From Verrucomicrobiota bacterium (GTDB taxonomy: Bacteria > Verrucomicrobiota > Verrucomicrobiia > Opitutales > Coraliomargaritaceae): a stretch of DNA of 64,000 bases. The stretch spans positions 128,001 to 192,000 of the forward strand of contig JBCBZJ010000003.1 of assembly GCA_039815375.1 (NCBI GenBank), in the 5' to 3' direction. The position numbers were made by a program, and so were the translations under genes. Numbering within the stretch: position 1 is the stretch's first letter; every line of letters starts with the position of its first letter. The notes beneath the pieces were generated by a model. The model was not told the DNA's origin, made no database searches, and was given only the letters and a program-made list of their open reading frames with translations. Shown here piece after piece: positions 21,942-32,761 of the stretch.

Positions 21942-22727
21942 ATGGATACGGATAGAATTACCACGCAAAGCATCTCGCTTCTTAAAGGTAGGCGCCCCGT
22001 CGTTGCGATTACAGCATACGATACGGTGATGGCCTGTCTCGCCGATGAGGCTGGCGTAGACCTTATTCTGGTGGGTGATTCGGTCGGCACGACGCAGCTC
22101 GGCTTTGAGACCACTGTGCCAGTGACCCTTGATATGATGTTGCACCATGCGGCTGCAGTTGCACGTGCAAAGCCTGATGCTCTCCTTGTTGCGGATATTC
22201 CATTTGCAGTTGCCCACAATGACTTCCCGGCACTTCTTGATGCGTGCCGCCGACTGATGCAGGAGGCGGATGTGGAAGCCGTTAAGATTGAGGGCGGCGC
22301 CGATATCGCGCCCAAGATCGAACGCTTGGTCCGTGCCGGTATTCCAGTGCTTGGGCATATCGGTCTGTTGCCGCAGCGTTTTCACCAGCTTGGTGGCTAT
22401 CGCAAATTCGGCCGCAGTGATGCGGAGAAAAGCGTGCTTGTCGATGATGCGCTCGCACTTGAGAAGGCGGGTTGCTTTGCGGTGCTTTGTGAGATGATTG
22501 ATGGAACGGTCGCGGGCACGATTGCGAGTGAGTTACAGGTGCCATTGATCGGAATCGGTAGTGGCCCGCACTGCGATGGCCAGATTCTCGTCTGCAATGA
22601 TTTGCTTGGCATTAATGTCCGTTCCGTGCCTTCGTTTGTAAAGCAATACGCACAGCTTGGTGATGAGGTGCGGACTGCTTTTTCTCACTACGCAGAGGAT
22701 GTGCGCACTCGGAAATTCCCTTCATGA
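21942..22727 (+). CDS. panB: 3-methyl-2-oxobutanoate hydroxymethyltransferase
   Basis: [29 protein letters not shown]. Confidence 0.96.
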   Translation: MDTDRITTQSISLLKGRRPVVAITAYDTVMACLADEAGVDLILVGDSVGTTQLGFETTVPVTLDMMLHHAAAVARAKPDALLVADIPFAVAHNDFPALLDACRRLMQEADVEAVKIEGGADIAPKIERLVRAGIPVLGHIGLLPQRFHQLGGYRKFGRSDAEKSVLVDDALALEKAGCFAVLCEMIDGTVAGTIASELQVPLIGIGSGPHCDGQILVCNDLLGINVRSVPSFVKQYAQLGDEVRTAFSHYAEDVRTRKFPS

Positions 22728-23722
22728 ATTGTTGTATTTTAGGTGCGGGTGCCTGGGGCACGGCAATGGCGTTACACCTTGATCGCTGCGGACATTCCGT
22801 GACGCTGGTTCCACGGAGAATGGAGCAGGCTCTGGCGATTGCTTCGTCGCGTGAGAATGCCGACTACCTGCCGGGTTTCGAACTGCCTCATACCATCCAG
22901 ATCGGTTGTGAGGTTGCACCGGTGCTGATGGAAGCGGAAGTTGTTTTTTTTGCCTGCCCTTCCAAGGCGCTTCGTGACCTGGCTGAACAGGTGCGCCCAC
23001 ACCTGGAATCTGCATGGCAATTGAAGCTATGCATCGTCATGTGCAAGGGTTTGGAATTGGACTCATTCAAAGCACCGGCGGATATTTTGAGTGAGTCTTT
23101 GCCCGAAGTGGAATGCGGCGTCCTCTCGGGCCCGACAAATGCGGCCGAGGTTGCGGCCAGCCAGCCTACTGCGGTTGTCCTGGCCCTTCCGGACTCGTTC
23201 CATGATGTCGAACGTTACCAATCCGCTTTTATCAACCAAAGCCTCCGTTGCTATCATTCCACCGACGTTCGTGGAACTGAACTGGGTGGCACTTTGAAGA
23301 ATATCTATGCGATTGGTGCCGGGATGTGCGACGGCCTTCAACTGGGTGATAACACCAAAGCGGCCTATATTACTCGGAGTTTGAATGAGATGATCCTTCT
23401 GGGCCAATCCTTGGGCGGTCAGCGGGAGAGTTTCTACGGTTTGAGTGGTTTCGGGGATTTGATAGCGACTTGCTCAGGAAACTGGAGTCGCAACCGGACC
23501 TTTGGAGAACGGGTCGGTCGGGGAGAAAAGCCGTTAGAGATCATTGATGGGCAGAAAGCGGTGGTTGAGGGTTACCGAGCGACAAGATGTCTTATAGACT
23601 ACTGTAAATGTGAGCAACTTGAGGCACCCATACTTTACACGATTCATGCCGTGCTGTACGAAGGTATGAAACCTCAGGAAGGAATTTACGCCTTGATGAC
23701 ACGGGGCTTACGCCCCGAATAG
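22724..23722 (+). CDS. gpsA: NAD(P)H-dependent glycerol-3-phosphate dehydrogenase
   Basis: [31 protein letters not shown]. Confidence 0.95.
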   Translation: MNCCILGAGAWGTAMALHLDRCGHSVTLVPRRMEQALAIASSRENADYLPGFELPHTIQIGCEVAPVLMEAEVVFFACPSKALRDLAEQVRPHLESAWQLKLCIVMCKGLELDSFKAPADILSESLPEVECGVLSGPTNAAEVAASQPTAVVLALPDSFHDVERYQSAFINQSLRCYHSTDVRGTELGGTLKNIYAIGAGMCDGLQLGDNTKAAYITRSLNEMILLGQSLGGQRESFYGLSGFGDLIATCSGNWSRNRTFGERVGRGEKPLEIIDGQKAVVEGYRATRCLIDYCKCEQLEAPILYTIHAVLYEGMKPQEGIYALMTRGLRPE

Positions 23723-23731
23723 TTAACTCTT

Positions 23732-24286
23732 ATGCCAAAACGCCTCTGTAAAGTTGCCTCTTCTCCAATTCATAAACGTGGTTTGTTTGCCACTGCCGAC
23801 ATTGAGGCGGAGACTGATATTATCCAATATGTCGGCGAAAAGATCTCGAAAGAGGAGTCGACGCGACGAGCCTTGGAGTGGGAAGAAAAAGCCCGCAAGA
23901 CCGGGGCAGGTCTGGTATATATTTTTGAGCTCGATGACGAGTTCGATATTGATGGTCGGCGAGGGCGCAATCCCGCTCGCTACATGAACCATTCATGCGA
24001 TGGCAACTGCGAGGCGATCAATTATGATGGCGAGATTTGGATCGTGGCCCGCAAGGATATCAAGGACGGCGAGGAGTTGACCTATGATTATGGCTACGAC
24101 ATGGAGCACTTTTTGGATCATCCCTGTGCATGCGGCACAGACAACTGCATCGGCTATATTGTTCGCGAAGATCAGCGCAAGAAAGTGAAGAAGCTTCTTC
24201 GCGACATGCGAAAAAAGAGAGAAAAGAAATCCGGGAAGAAGAAGGACAATAAAGAGAAGAAGTCCAAAAAGAATAAGAAGAAATAG
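23732..24286 (+). CDS. SET-domain protein-lysine methyltransferase
   Basis: [15 protein letters not shown], post-[11 protein letters not shown], Lys-rich tail. Confidence 0.9.
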   Translation: MPKRLCKVASSPIHKRGLFATADIEAETDIIQYVGEKISKEESTRRALEWEEKARKTGAGLVYIFELDDEFDIDGRRGRNPARYMNHSCDGNCEAINYDGEIWIVARKDIKDGEELTYDYGYDMEHFLDHPCACGTDNCIGYIVREDQRKKVKKLLRDMRKKREKKSGKKKDNKEKKSKKNKKK

Positions 24287-24292
24287 TCCCTG

Positions 24293-24955
24293 CTAAGGTT
24301 GCAAAATTGCGTGGATACGAGCCTCGGCTTCCTGTTCGTCAGGACCTTTCGCAAAAACGGTAATCGTTCCGCGATATGCAAAGTCGAAGGACTTCGGCTT
24401 GACGCTTAGGATCCGTGAAACTTTTCCTTGTGGATCCTCTTCTTCTATTACTTCTAACCGGTCTTCGTCGAATTCGATCTTGGTGATCTTATTTACGTAA
24501 CGCTTATCCAGAGCGATCTTAATCTGACGCGCGGTCTTTGTGCCTGACGGGCTCCAGTAGATTAGTTGCGGCATGGCCTCGACCAATTTCGGAATTTTGA
24601 TATTCATCGACAGCGTCGCAATTGCTTTCTCCTCGCCGTCAATATACACCTCAAGTCGGCTCCGGTTCAGTCCCTGTCGTTTGCCCTTGTTGAAGGTCGC
24701 CGTGATCGCGGTCGATTCTCCCGAATTCAGGATCTTGCGATCAATGATCGAGCCTGTGCAGCCGCAGCTGGAGTTGATCTTTGAGATGCGGACAGCATCT
24801 TTGCCATTGTTGGTCACGGTAAACTCTGCACCGATCACTTCCTGCTCAGGAGTCATTTCCAGATCCACCTTTGTCCGGTCCCAAGTCAGGCTGTTGGCTT
24901 GAAGAAAGTTGCCAGTGCAGAGTGCAAGCAAAAGAGCAGGGATATATAGGCGCAT
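24293..24955 (-). CDS. DUF1573-like Ig-fold exported protein
   Basis: Signal peptide; F.V.N.G...V.I..I.SSCGCT motif. Confidence 0.75.
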   Translation of the reverse strand: MRLYIPALLLALCTGNFLQANSLTWDRTKVDLEMTPEQEVIGAEFTVTNNGKDAVRISKINSSCGCTGSIIDRKILNSGESTAITATFNKGKRQGLNRSRLEVYIDGEEKAIATLSMNIKIPKLVEAMPQLIYWSPSGTKTARQIKIALDKRYVNKITKIEFDEDRLEVIEEEDPQGKVSRILSVKPKSFDFAYRGTITVFAKGPDEQEAEARIHAILQP

Positions 24956-24961
24956 GATTAA

Positions 24962-25411
24962 CTAAATAGAACTCTCAGGGGTTTTCTTGTTCCTGGAATC
25001 TCTGAGCAAGATGAAAATTGCGACTAGGAGCAGCAAACTATTTCGCAGGATCAACCAGTGATAGCCAATCGTTTCATTGCTTTCGCCGAAGCAGCCGCAG
25101 TCGATGTCGAGCCCACGTGCCCATGCACTGGTGTGGAGCCCTATAAATAGGCCGAGCAGGGCTGTTATAGCCCACCCGCTGGCTTGGCGAAGCCATGGGG
25201 TAAGCAGTCCAATGCCAATCACAACTTCCAACCAGGGCAGAACAAGTGCCACCCAAAGTGACAGGCTCCCTTCGACAATGCGGTAGTTATCAATCGAAGC
25301 AGCAAAGGCGACAGGGTCTTGCACCTTGGGCAATCCTGCACGGATAAAAACCCATGCCAGCACGAGCCGGGCGACCAGTGCGAAGAGGCCGATGGCGTTT
25401 ACCTGGACCAT
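24962..25411 (-). CDS. MauE/DoxX-family membrane protein
   Basis: LPWLE, RGLDIDCGCFG, ILRN. Confidence 0.85.
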   Translation of the reverse strand: MVQVNAIGLFALVARLVLAWVFIRAGLPKVQDPVAFAASIDNYRIVEGSLSLWVALVLPWLEVVIGIGLLTPWLRQASGWAITALLGLFIGLHTSAWARGLDIDCGCFGESNETIGYHWLILRNSLLLLVAIFILLRDSRNKKTPESSI

Positions 25412-25809
25412 GCGTCCCAACCTCCTTTCAAACTGTAAATCTCCGCGTCCGGCAAGTTAGCACGGAGTTCTTCGGCAATCTTCTTGCTCGTTCCGCAGCC
25501 AGCATCCGCGCAGTAGACGATGATGACGCGCGGACTCTCCAGCCAAAGCTCCAGAATACCTGCCATGCTACTTCCGGGGTCTGCCTGGTCAAAGAAGATC
25601 GCCTCAGGTGCGTGTTCTACCGAAAAATCCTCAGCGCTGCGCGCATCGACCCAGATGACGTCCAGTGCCTTGGCGTCTTCGAGTCTTATTTCGTTCGGTC
25701 CGATTTCAGGCTCTGCCCAAGGAAGTAGGGCTAACCCGGTAACCAGAGAATAAGCCGATCCAATCGCTGATAGCAGTGCGATAACGATGAACTGTCGAAA
25801 AATGTGCAA
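25399..25809 (-). CDS. Rhodanese-like domain protein
   Basis: WVDAR, IIVYC...C, LKGGWDAW. Confidence 0.85.
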   Translation of the reverse strand: MHIFRQFIVIALLSAIGSAYSLVTGLALLPWAEPEIGPNEIRLEDAKALDVIWVDARSAEDFSVEHAPEAIFFDQADPGSSMAGILELWLESPRVIIVYCADAGCGTSKKIAEELRANLPDAEIYSLKGGWDAWSR

Positions 25810-25900
25810 AGGTATGAAGTGTAAAGGTAGGAAGGTGGGAAGTTGTTAAAGTATGAAGGCTAAATAAACTTTCCACCTCTGGACATTCGCACATTCTTAC
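25809..25900. repeat. About 8-nt-period degenerate repeats arranged as inverted arms
   Basis: Left arm aaggtatg aagtgta aaggtagg aaggtggg aagttgtt aaagtatg; right arm actttcc acctctgg acattcgc acattctt. Confidence 0.55.
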
Positions 25901-25907
25901 AGAGATC

Positions 25908-26327
25908 ATGTCCGTCTACACTAAGCAGATCAAGGTTGTTGCGCCTGGCAAATCAACCGCGGAGTTTACCAGCATGATTGAGGAGGGCTTGCGGGAATCG
26001 GGTCTAAACGAAGGGACGGTCACCGTATTTTGCTGCCATACGAGCTGTAGTTTGGTGATTATGGAGAACGCAGACCCTTCGGCTCGTCGGGATCTTGAGA
26101 GTTTTATGGATCGACTGGTTCCGGAGAATGACCCCTATTTCACACATACCTACGAAGGACCCGATGACATGCCGAGCCATATCAAAATGGCGCTGACTCG
26201 AACTGTTGAGGTCATTCCCTTCGTTAATGGCCGACTGAGTCTCGGCACCTGGCAGGGCGTTTTTCTCTGGGAGCACCGCGCCCACAGCCATAATCGACGC
26301 ATCGTGCTCAGTTATCAGGGGGCTTGA
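25908..26327 (+). CDS. yjbQ: YjbQ/UPF0047 family protein
   Basis: HTSCSL...ENADP, EGPDDMPSHIK, LGTWQG. Confidence 0.9.
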   Translation: MSVYTKQIKVVAPGKSTAEFTSMIEEGLRESGLNEGTVTVFCCHTSCSLVIMENADPSARRDLESFMDRLVPENDPYFTHTYEGPDDMPSHIKMALTRTVEVIPFVNGRLSLGTWQGVFLWEHRAHSHNRRIVLSYQGA

Positions 26328-26595
26328 AAATGCAGATTTCGGTATCGGGAAGGTGGTATTTCACTCAGAGAGGGAGTCGTGTCTTTGAAGCTCATCTTGT
26401 TGGCAGTTCGGCCTGAAGTCCCCGCTAAAAATCGAAGTGCTTTCAATTAGACTTTCCCAGAAGTTTTCTTTGGGCATTAAGACGATCGAGCTTCCCATTC
26501 ACTGGATGTAAATTGTCTTCCCCGGGAAGCAGTATTGTTTCAGCAATACGCGCCGCTTGACTGCGTTGGCTTTAAAACATCTTTGCCGTATCCAT
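26328..26595 (-). pseudogene. vapB: Decayed vapBC toxin-antitoxin locus
   Basis: MDTAKMF*SQRSQA, a frameshift, then LLKQYCFPGKTIYIQ*MGSSIVLMPKENFWESL...FSGDF...QRHDSLSE*. An overlapping GTG starts VKYHLPDTEICI, like the VapC start MKYMLDTNICI. Confidence 0.75.
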
Positions 26596-26632
26596 ATCAA
26601 AAAAGATATACCGATAGAATATGCCTATACCA

Positions 26633-28180
26633 TCAAGTGGCTATTTGCAACAGCGCTTCGGTTGCGGGCACATCCTTGATGATCTGGCTCGGGGCGGGGC
26701 CTACGCCGATGTAGCGTAGATTGGGCATACGGTCTTTGTGCTGGTCGCCGAAGTTGGCTACTTCGATCAGTGCTTTCATGAGCCAGGCGACGTAGATCTT
26801 GGCGTTTTCAGGAAGGTCGCTGAAGCTGCGGATATCTGAGAGGTCTTCACTCCAGCCCGGCAGCATCTTGTATACGGGTTTGAGAGTCTTGTGCACCTTG
26901 CCGTTGCGTGGAACGTGTTGAAGGATGTTGCCGTGTTTGTCCTCATAGGCGGTGCAGATTTGGAGTTCACCCTGCCATTCGCCCGAGTGGGAGAGGGCAT
27001 CGAGTTTATTGAGGACCAGATCCTGATAGCCGCCGTAGCGGAGAGCATCGCCCTTCTCGACGGCATCATACCACCCGACCATGCGCTGACGTCCGGTTGT
27101 CGCGCCAAACTCGATCTTGCGCAGCTTGGCGCTTAGCGGATGCTCCAGATCGATTTCGGAAATGAAAGTGTGGGTGCCGACCTTGGTGTCGTAAGCCTTG
27201 CAGCAACCGATGTTATGGATCGGCTGTGCGGGGATACCTGCGGACTGGAAAAATTCAGGCGTGAAGGTGTGCGAAGCAGTCACGTTTGGCGGGAAGCCAT
27301 GCCGCTTGTCGAGCCAGTAGGCTTGGCCAAACTCACCGATGATGTAGTTGCCTTTGTCCTGCTCACGAAGCACAAGCTCACGAACGTCGACAATTTGCTC
27401 AGCAAGTTCCTGGCCTGCACACCAGTAGGCCTCAACCAGCGCGTCGATATGGAGTGTGAAAGGCTTGTCGCCGGCGAATTGCTCGAAGTCGAACTCTCCG
27501 GTCTCGAATTTACCGGCGTCGATGATCTCGGAGTTTGCACGCGTCTCTGCGCTCGTCAGGGTTTCAAAGAAAGTGTGCCACCTTTCCGGTGCGACCTGGC
27601 AGACGTGTTCGATGACTTTCATGGCGCGACAAACGCGGTGCTTGATCTTTTCTGCGTAGTAGTCTTTCGAGCCTAGAAAATCGGAGAAGTAGACTTGGAA
27701 CTGTCCGACTTCATCAAGATAGGCAGGCGTGATGCCACGACCGGTCGAGCCGCGCGGGTCGCCGCCAAGTGCGTGCACACGATAGTCCTCCCAGGCCAGA
27801 TCAAGCAGGCGGTGGGTCACGTCGGATATAAGGCAGCGTTCATCGATGGCGAGGCGCTTGAGCGCAACATGGCCGTGAAGCTCGGCATAGGCGCATTCCC
27901 AGAGGAATTTACGCGGATCGGCAACGACGCCACATCCAATCGGAAGATAGGGCACGAGCGGATCGGCGACGCCTCCCGGGAGGAGGTTGAGCTTGATGCC
28001 CGCGACCGTGTGCCCGGAGTTCGAGCCTCCGTTGACTTTCATGACTGCGGCTACTGCATCGTCACGGCCGGCGAGATCACGCAGCTCGTGCACGATCTCC
28101 AGAATGACGCGGCCTTTGCCTTCATCTCCTGTGGAGATGCCGGTATCTGCAATAAGTTGGGAAGTAAAATCAGTAAGCAT
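26633..28180 (-). CDS. purA: Adenylosuccinate synthetase (long, divergent form)
   Basis: [43 protein letters not shown]; next to guaB. Confidence 0.88.
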   Translation of the reverse strand: MLTDFTSQLIADTGISTGDEGKGRVILEIVHELRDLAGRDDAVAAVMKVNGGSNSGHTVAGIKLNLLPGGVADPLVPYLPIGCGVVADPRKFLWECAYAELHGHVALKRLAIDERCLISDVTHRLLDLAWEDYRVHALGGDPRGSTGRGITPAYLDEVGQFQVYFSDFLGSKDYYAEKIKHRVCRAMKVIEHVCQVAPERWHTFFETLTSAETRANSEIIDAGKFETGEFDFEQFAGDKPFTLHIDALVEAYWCAGQELAEQIVDVRELVLREQDKGNYIIGEFGQAYWLDKRHGFPPNVTASHTFTPEFFQSAGIPAQPIHNIGCCKAYDTKVGTHTFISEIDLEHPLSAKLRKIEFGATTGRQRMVGWYDAVEKGDALRYGGYQDLVLNKLDALSHSGEWQGELQICTAYEDKHGNILQHVPRNGKVHKTLKPVYKMLPGWSEDLSDIRSFSDLPENAKIYVAWLMKALIEVANFGDQHKDRMPNLRYIGVGPAPSQIIKDVPATEALLQIAT

Positions 28181-28227
28181 TTAGCAAACGCTCTATCAAA
28201 CGATGAACATCGGTGAATGCACGCGAA

Positions 28228-29811
28228 TTATTTTGCGGCGTCACTTATGCTTTCACTCGCTTTGACGGTGATCACGTCATGCGGGGCGGACTCGCGCTGG
28301 CCGGCCGGGCTGACGCGGATGTAGCGGGCATTGACGCGAAGTTGAGCAAGATCGCCAGCTCCGAGATAGCCCATTCCGGACTGGATGCCACCAACGAGCT
28401 CTCGAAGCACGGAGGATAGTGAGCCCGCCGCCTCTTTGAGGGCTTCGATGCCTTCGGCTGCTGCCTTTGTGGCGACGTCCTTTCGATCATGGCCGTAGCG
28501 TGCGGCAGAGCCGTCTTTCATCGCTTCGCGGCTACCCATGCCACGGTATTGCTTATAAAGTTTGCCGTTGATCTCGATAATGCGCCCGGGTGTTTCGTTG
28601 CAACCTGCGAGAAGACTGCCACACATGACACCGTCGGCGAGGGTGAGGGCCTTGACCATGTCGCCGGATTTGTTGATGCCGCCATCGGCTAGAATAGCGA
28701 CACCCTTTTGCTTTGCGGTAACCGAGGCGACGTAGAGGGCCGTCATTTGTGGAATGCCGACACCGGCGACGACACGAGTGGTGCAGATGGAGCCCGGACC
28801 CTGACCGATTTTGATCGTATTGGCTCCGGCGTCTGCGAGAAACTCGACACCCTCGGCACTCGTGACGTTGCCGGCGATGAGGGTAATGTCCCGGAACTCC
28901 TGGCGTAACATTTTAACTGTATCGCCGACGCCCTTCGAAAAGCCGTGTGCGGTGGAGACGGCAATGGCGTCCACACCTTCATCGACCAGCTTGCCTACGT
29001 GGCCGATGATTCGATCTTTATCGAGCTCACCATCAGGTTTCCGATGCGCCGAAATGGCGGCTCCGCACGTGAGACGGAAGTGGCTATCGCGAGCGGGCTT
29101 TACGGACTGCTGCGCTTCGGATTCGATGCGTTCGATGTCGGAAAGGGTGAAGAGTCCGCAGAGGCGATCTTCGTCGTCGACGACGAGAAGTTTGTGGATG
29201 CCCATATGTTCCGTGAAGAACTGATCGGCTACCTTAATCGGATCCTGGGTAATATCCTTTTGCAGTAGGGTATAAACTCCTTCGCGCGGTGTCATACCTT
29301 CGGAGACAAGGCGGTCTTCGTAGCGCGGCTTGACAACACGTCCCGGCAGCAGGCCGAGGAGTTTGTTTGCATCGTCGACCACTGGGAAGGTGCTGAAGCC
29401 ATAGCCACGGTGGGCGATGCGGTCAATCACTTCCCCGATGGTTTGGTCCGGCCCGACTTTGATCGGTTCCTGGATGAAGCCATGAATATGGTTCTTTACC
29501 CGAGTCACTTCTTTGACCTGCTGTTCATCACTCATATTGTAGTGAATCAGGCCCATACCTCCATTGAGGGCCATCTGGATCGCCATCTTCGATTCCGTGA
29601 CGGTGTCCATATCCGAGGAGATGATCGGGATCTGGAGCTCGAGTGAGTTGGATAACCGCATCGACAAGTTCGTCTCGCGCGGGAGCACTTCCGAGTAGAG
29701 TGTGGCCAGCGAAATGTCGTCATAAGTCAGGCCAACCGGGAGGTTGCTGCTGAAGAATGCATCAGCTGGGAGGTAGTAGTCCTCAATCCTGGGTGTCGCA
29801 GGTGCTTTCAT
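28228..29811 (-). CDS. guaB: IMP dehydrogenase
   Basis: MDTVTE, CBS pair, [15 protein letters not shown]. Confidence 0.95.
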   Translation of the reverse strand: MKAPATPRIEDYYLPADAFFSSNLPVGLTYDDISLATLYSEVLPRETNLSMRLSNSLELQIPIISSDMDTVTESKMAIQMALNGGMGLIHYNMSDEQQVKEVTRVKNHIHGFIQEPIKVGPDQTIGEVIDRIAHRGYGFSTFPVVDDANKLLGLLPGRVVKPRYEDRLVSEGMTPREGVYTLLQKDITQDPIKVADQFFTEHMGIHKLLVVDDEDRLCGLFTLSDIERIESEAQQSVKPARDSHFRLTCGAAISAHRKPDGELDKDRIIGHVGKLVDEGVDAIAVSTAHGFSKGVGDTVKMLRQEFRDITLIAGNVTSAEGVEFLADAGANTIKIGQGPGSICTTRVVAGVGIPQMTALYVASVTAKQKGVAILADGGINKSGDMVKALTLADGVMCGSLLAGCNETPGRIIEINGKLYKQYRGMGSREAMKDGSAARYGHDRKDVATKAAAEGIEALKEAAGSLSSVLRELVGGIQSGMGYLGAGDLAQLRVNARYIRVSPAGQRESAPHDVITVKASESISDAAK

Positions 29812-29866
29812 GTGCCGACTCCACCAAAAGATTGTCTTTTCTCAAGTAGGAAATGACATTTCCGGA

Positions 29867-30862
29867 GTGTCACGCCGAATCGAGTATCGCCCTTATCGTA
29901 GAGACTTTGCCCATCCACTGCAAACAGCGCATGGTGCATGGTCCGTTCGGGAAGGTTTCATCGTGCGCATTGAAGAGGATGGGCGTATCGGCTATGGCGA
30001 GGTCGCACCCATACCCGATTTTGGGACGGAAACCGTAGGCCAGGCCCGGGACTTTTTGAAGTCGGTGGTCAAGAACCCCGAGATCGGAGTTCCGAATCAA
30101 TTGCCCTGTTGCGCCTTTGGGCTTTCAGCGGCTTCTTTTGGCCTGAGAGCAGGCCTCTCTTCCTCTTACAATTACGAATTAGCTGCGCTGTTGCCGGCCG
30201 GTTCACCTTCGCTTCAGGCTGCCTCAACAAAGCTTCAGGATGGCTTTAAAAGCTTTAAATGGAAGATCGGTGTCGGCTCTGTTGAAGAGGAAATTAAAGT
30301 CTGCGACGATTTGCTCGATGTGCTTGGGCCAGAGAGTAAAATCAGGCTCGATGCCAATGGCGGCCTTGATCCCAGGACTCTAAAAGCCTGGTTGGATTAT
30401 TTGCTACCGCATACTGAACGGATTGAGTTTATCGAACAACCCCTGCCGGTCGGGCAGGAAGCAATCATGGCTGAGCTGGCTGCAGCGTCCGATATCCCAA
30501 TTGCCTTGGATGAGAGTCTAAATGGTCCGGCAGGTATGCGTTGGTTCAAAGGCGAAGCCTGGTCCGGCCCTCTCGTGATTAAGCCGCTGCTCCTCGGTAA
30601 TTTAGCGGACTTATTGAAATGCCTACAGCCTATCTCCGAACGACTGGTTTTTTCTTCAGTCTTTGAGACCGGAGTAGGTCTTATAAATACGTTTTCTTTG
30701 ATTCAGTCGCTCCCGGAGTGTAGCTTTGCAATTGGTTTTGATACTTTGACGGCTTTTGAAGATGAGCTCTCGATTCCCGGAGTAGGTCCCAGGATTTGCT
30801 CGGCGCAAGTATCTGCATTGGATATGGATGACTTATGGAACCGCTTGCCCCATTCGAACTAG
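29867..30862 (+). CDS. menC: o-succinylbenzoate synthase
   Basis: GEVAP, FKWKIG, RLDANG, IEQP, ALDES, SSVFET. Confidence 0.88.
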   Translation: MSRRIEYRPYRRDFAHPLQTAHGAWSVREGFIVRIEEDGRIGYGEVAPIPDFGTETVGQARDFLKSVVKNPEIGVPNQLPCCAFGLSAASFGLRAGLSSSYNYELAALLPAGSPSLQAASTKLQDGFKSFKWKIGVGSVEEEIKVCDDLLDVLGPESKIRLDANGGLDPRTLKAWLDYLLPHTERIEFIEQPLPVGQEAIMAELAAASDIPIALDESLNGPAGMRWFKGEAWSGPLVIKPLLLGNLADLLKCLQPISERLVFSSVFETGVGLINTFSLIQSLPECSFAIGFDTLTAFEDELSIPGVGPRICSAQVSALDMDDLWNRLPHSN

Positions 30863-32061
30863 ATGCGCTAAGACGCGATTGGATCGTCGGTGTTTCCGGG
30901 GAGGCGTTTTTCGCGAAAGTACAAGAGAACATTGAATCTCTGAAGAATGGTCCTGGGCTCGAGAAGGTGGTAGTCGTTCCTGAGCAGGAACCGGTTGAGT
31001 TTGCTGCTTTCTTTTTTGCGGCTGTCTGGCTGGGGGTGCCCCTAGCACTGGCGAATCCCAAATGGGTCGATGCTGAGCAGGATCAATTTGATGCCCTGAT
31101 AAATGAGGACGGAATTGAGCGTGGCTCGATTCTGATTCCTACCGGCGGGACCACAGGAGGTGTTAAATTGGCTATTCATACCTGGTCCAGTCTGAATGCT
31201 TCTGCGCTAGCCGTGTGGGACTTTCTCGGCGAGAGGGGCATCAACTCCTGCTGCCTGCTGCCACTCTTTCATGTCAGTGGGCTGATGCAATTGGTGCGTT
31301 CCTTTGTTACGGGGGGAACGATTCGTTTTGATGACAGCGACGTTTCCGATTGTTGCCTGTCGCTCGTGCCTACCCAGTTGCAACGTGCTTTAGCGAACGA
31401 ATCAAGTATCCGAAAAATGAATACAGTCCAGGCGATTTTCGTGGGAGGTGCACGAATTCCGGATGCTGTTGCTGCCAAGGTTCGAGAACTACGACTGCCC
31501 GTTATCCCGGTTTATGGGATGACGGAAACAGCGGCGATGTGCGCGGCAGTGCCGAATGCTGATTTTCTCGAAAAACCGGATGCGGGCGCTGTTCCAATCG
31601 GTGATGCTACATTCTCGATCGAAGATGATGGTCGCATTCGTATTCGAAGCACTGCCCTTTTTAAGGGCTATTGCGGTCAGCCATCGCCGGATCTATCCGG
31701 GGGGTTCGTCGTGAATGATGAAGGGCATCTGGATGATGAAGGACGCTTGCATGTTGCTGGCCGCGTCGATCATCTCATCAATACTGGCGGTGAAAAAGTA
31801 GACCCGCTTGAAGTCGAATCGACCTTGCTTCACCTTGAAGGCGTAACGGAAGCTCTGGTTGTGGGCGAGTCCAATGATGAGTGGGGGCAGGCTGTGGTTG
31901 CTTATGTTGTGGGTAACGTGCCGAGTCATGAGCACGTATGGTTCAAGGAGCAGCTAAGCCATCGATTGGCGTACTATAAAATACCTAAGCAGGTCTATGT
32001 TGTGGAAACGTTGCCCCTTGATGCACGGGGCAAATATCTACGTCCCCAACAAAGAAGTTGA
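30835..32061 (+). CDS. menE: o-succinylbenzoate-CoA ligase
   Basis: [30 protein letters not shown]; overlaps menC. Confidence 0.85.
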   Translation: MEPLAPFELDALRRDWIVGVSGEAFFAKVQENIESLKNGPGLEKVVVVPEQEPVEFAAFFFAAVWLGVPLALANPKWVDAEQDQFDALINEDGIERGSILIPTGGTTGGVKLAIHTWSSLNASALAVWDFLGERGINSCCLLPLFHVSGLMQLVRSFVTGGTIRFDDSDVSDCCLSLVPTQLQRALANESSIRKMNTVQAIFVGGARIPDAVAAKVRELRLPVIPVYGMTETAAMCAAVPNADFLEKPDAGAVPIGDATFSIEDDGRIRIRSTALFKGYCGQPSPDLSGGFVVNDEGHLDDEGRLHVAGRVDHLINTGGEKVDPLEVESTLLHLEGVTEALVVGESNDEWGQAVVAYVVGNVPSHEHVWFKEQLSHRLAYYKIPKQVYVVETLPLDARGKYLRPQQRS

Positions 32062-32092
32062 ACTTTCCCGAGAAGAGGCATCAGCTCACACC

Positions 32093-32410
32093 ATGCCTGA
32101 GCAATTTGAAAATGTATCTGTTGTCGCGAAAGCGAATGTCTACTTCGGTGGTCAAGTAACCAGCCGAACCGTTCTCTTTCCTGATGGGAGCAAGAAAACG
32201 CTCGGCTTCATGCAGCCGGGAGAATATGAGTTTGGAACTGAAGCGCCTGAACTGGTTGAGATGCTGGGCGGATCAATGGACGTCCGTCTTGATGGCGAAG
32301 AAGATTGGGCAACTTATGGCGAAGGACAGTCCTTCAATGTGCCCGGTAACTCTAAGTTCTTTCTCAAGGTTGCTGCGGTTGGTGCGGACTACTGCTGCTC
32401 CTATCTGTAG
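32093..32410 (+). CDS. ppnP: Pyrimidine/purine nucleoside phosphorylase
   Basis: [29 protein letters not shown]. Confidence 0.92.
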   Translation: MPEQFENVSVVAKANVYFGGQVTSRTVLFPDGSKKTLGFMQPGEYEFGTEAPELVEMLGGSMDVRLDGEEDWATYGEGQSFNVPGNSKFFLKVAAVGADYCCSYL

Positions 32411-32671
32411 TTTGAACCGAAAGTGTGGAAACGAACTTCAAAAACATGATATCGAGTGACGTAAGTGTTTTTTATAAGCCACATTCCTGATGCAAAGCAT
32501 TAGAAACGTGTTCACCCAAATGGTGTTTTCGAATTGTTCCGGTCTGCTTCTCTCGGAACTAAGGCGAGAAGCGCACATCGTTGCCCGTCAGAGCTGCAGT
32601 CAGGTATGATGATACGCTTCTTGGCAATCTTCGGTTGTCGAGCACACTTCTCAGCCTATTGCATCATTTCG

Positions 32672-32760
32672 TTTCAACGAAACCCCGGCTGGAAGGAAGC
32701 TTGCGGGAGCGAATCCAGTCACAGCGTGCTCGCGAATTTGTCCACTACCGCCAAGTTCGA
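32672..32760 (-). repeat. Degenerate attC-like site
   Basis: ggctgga...gaagc...ggagcga..tccag resembles the element at 36130-36209; lies directly after the ThuA stop. Confidence 0.4.
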
Positions 32761-32761
32761 T

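Noticed and set aside
26633..28180. PurZ (Z-base synthesis)
   Set aside because: It keeps GDEGKG with Asp and sits beside guaB in a housekeeping context.
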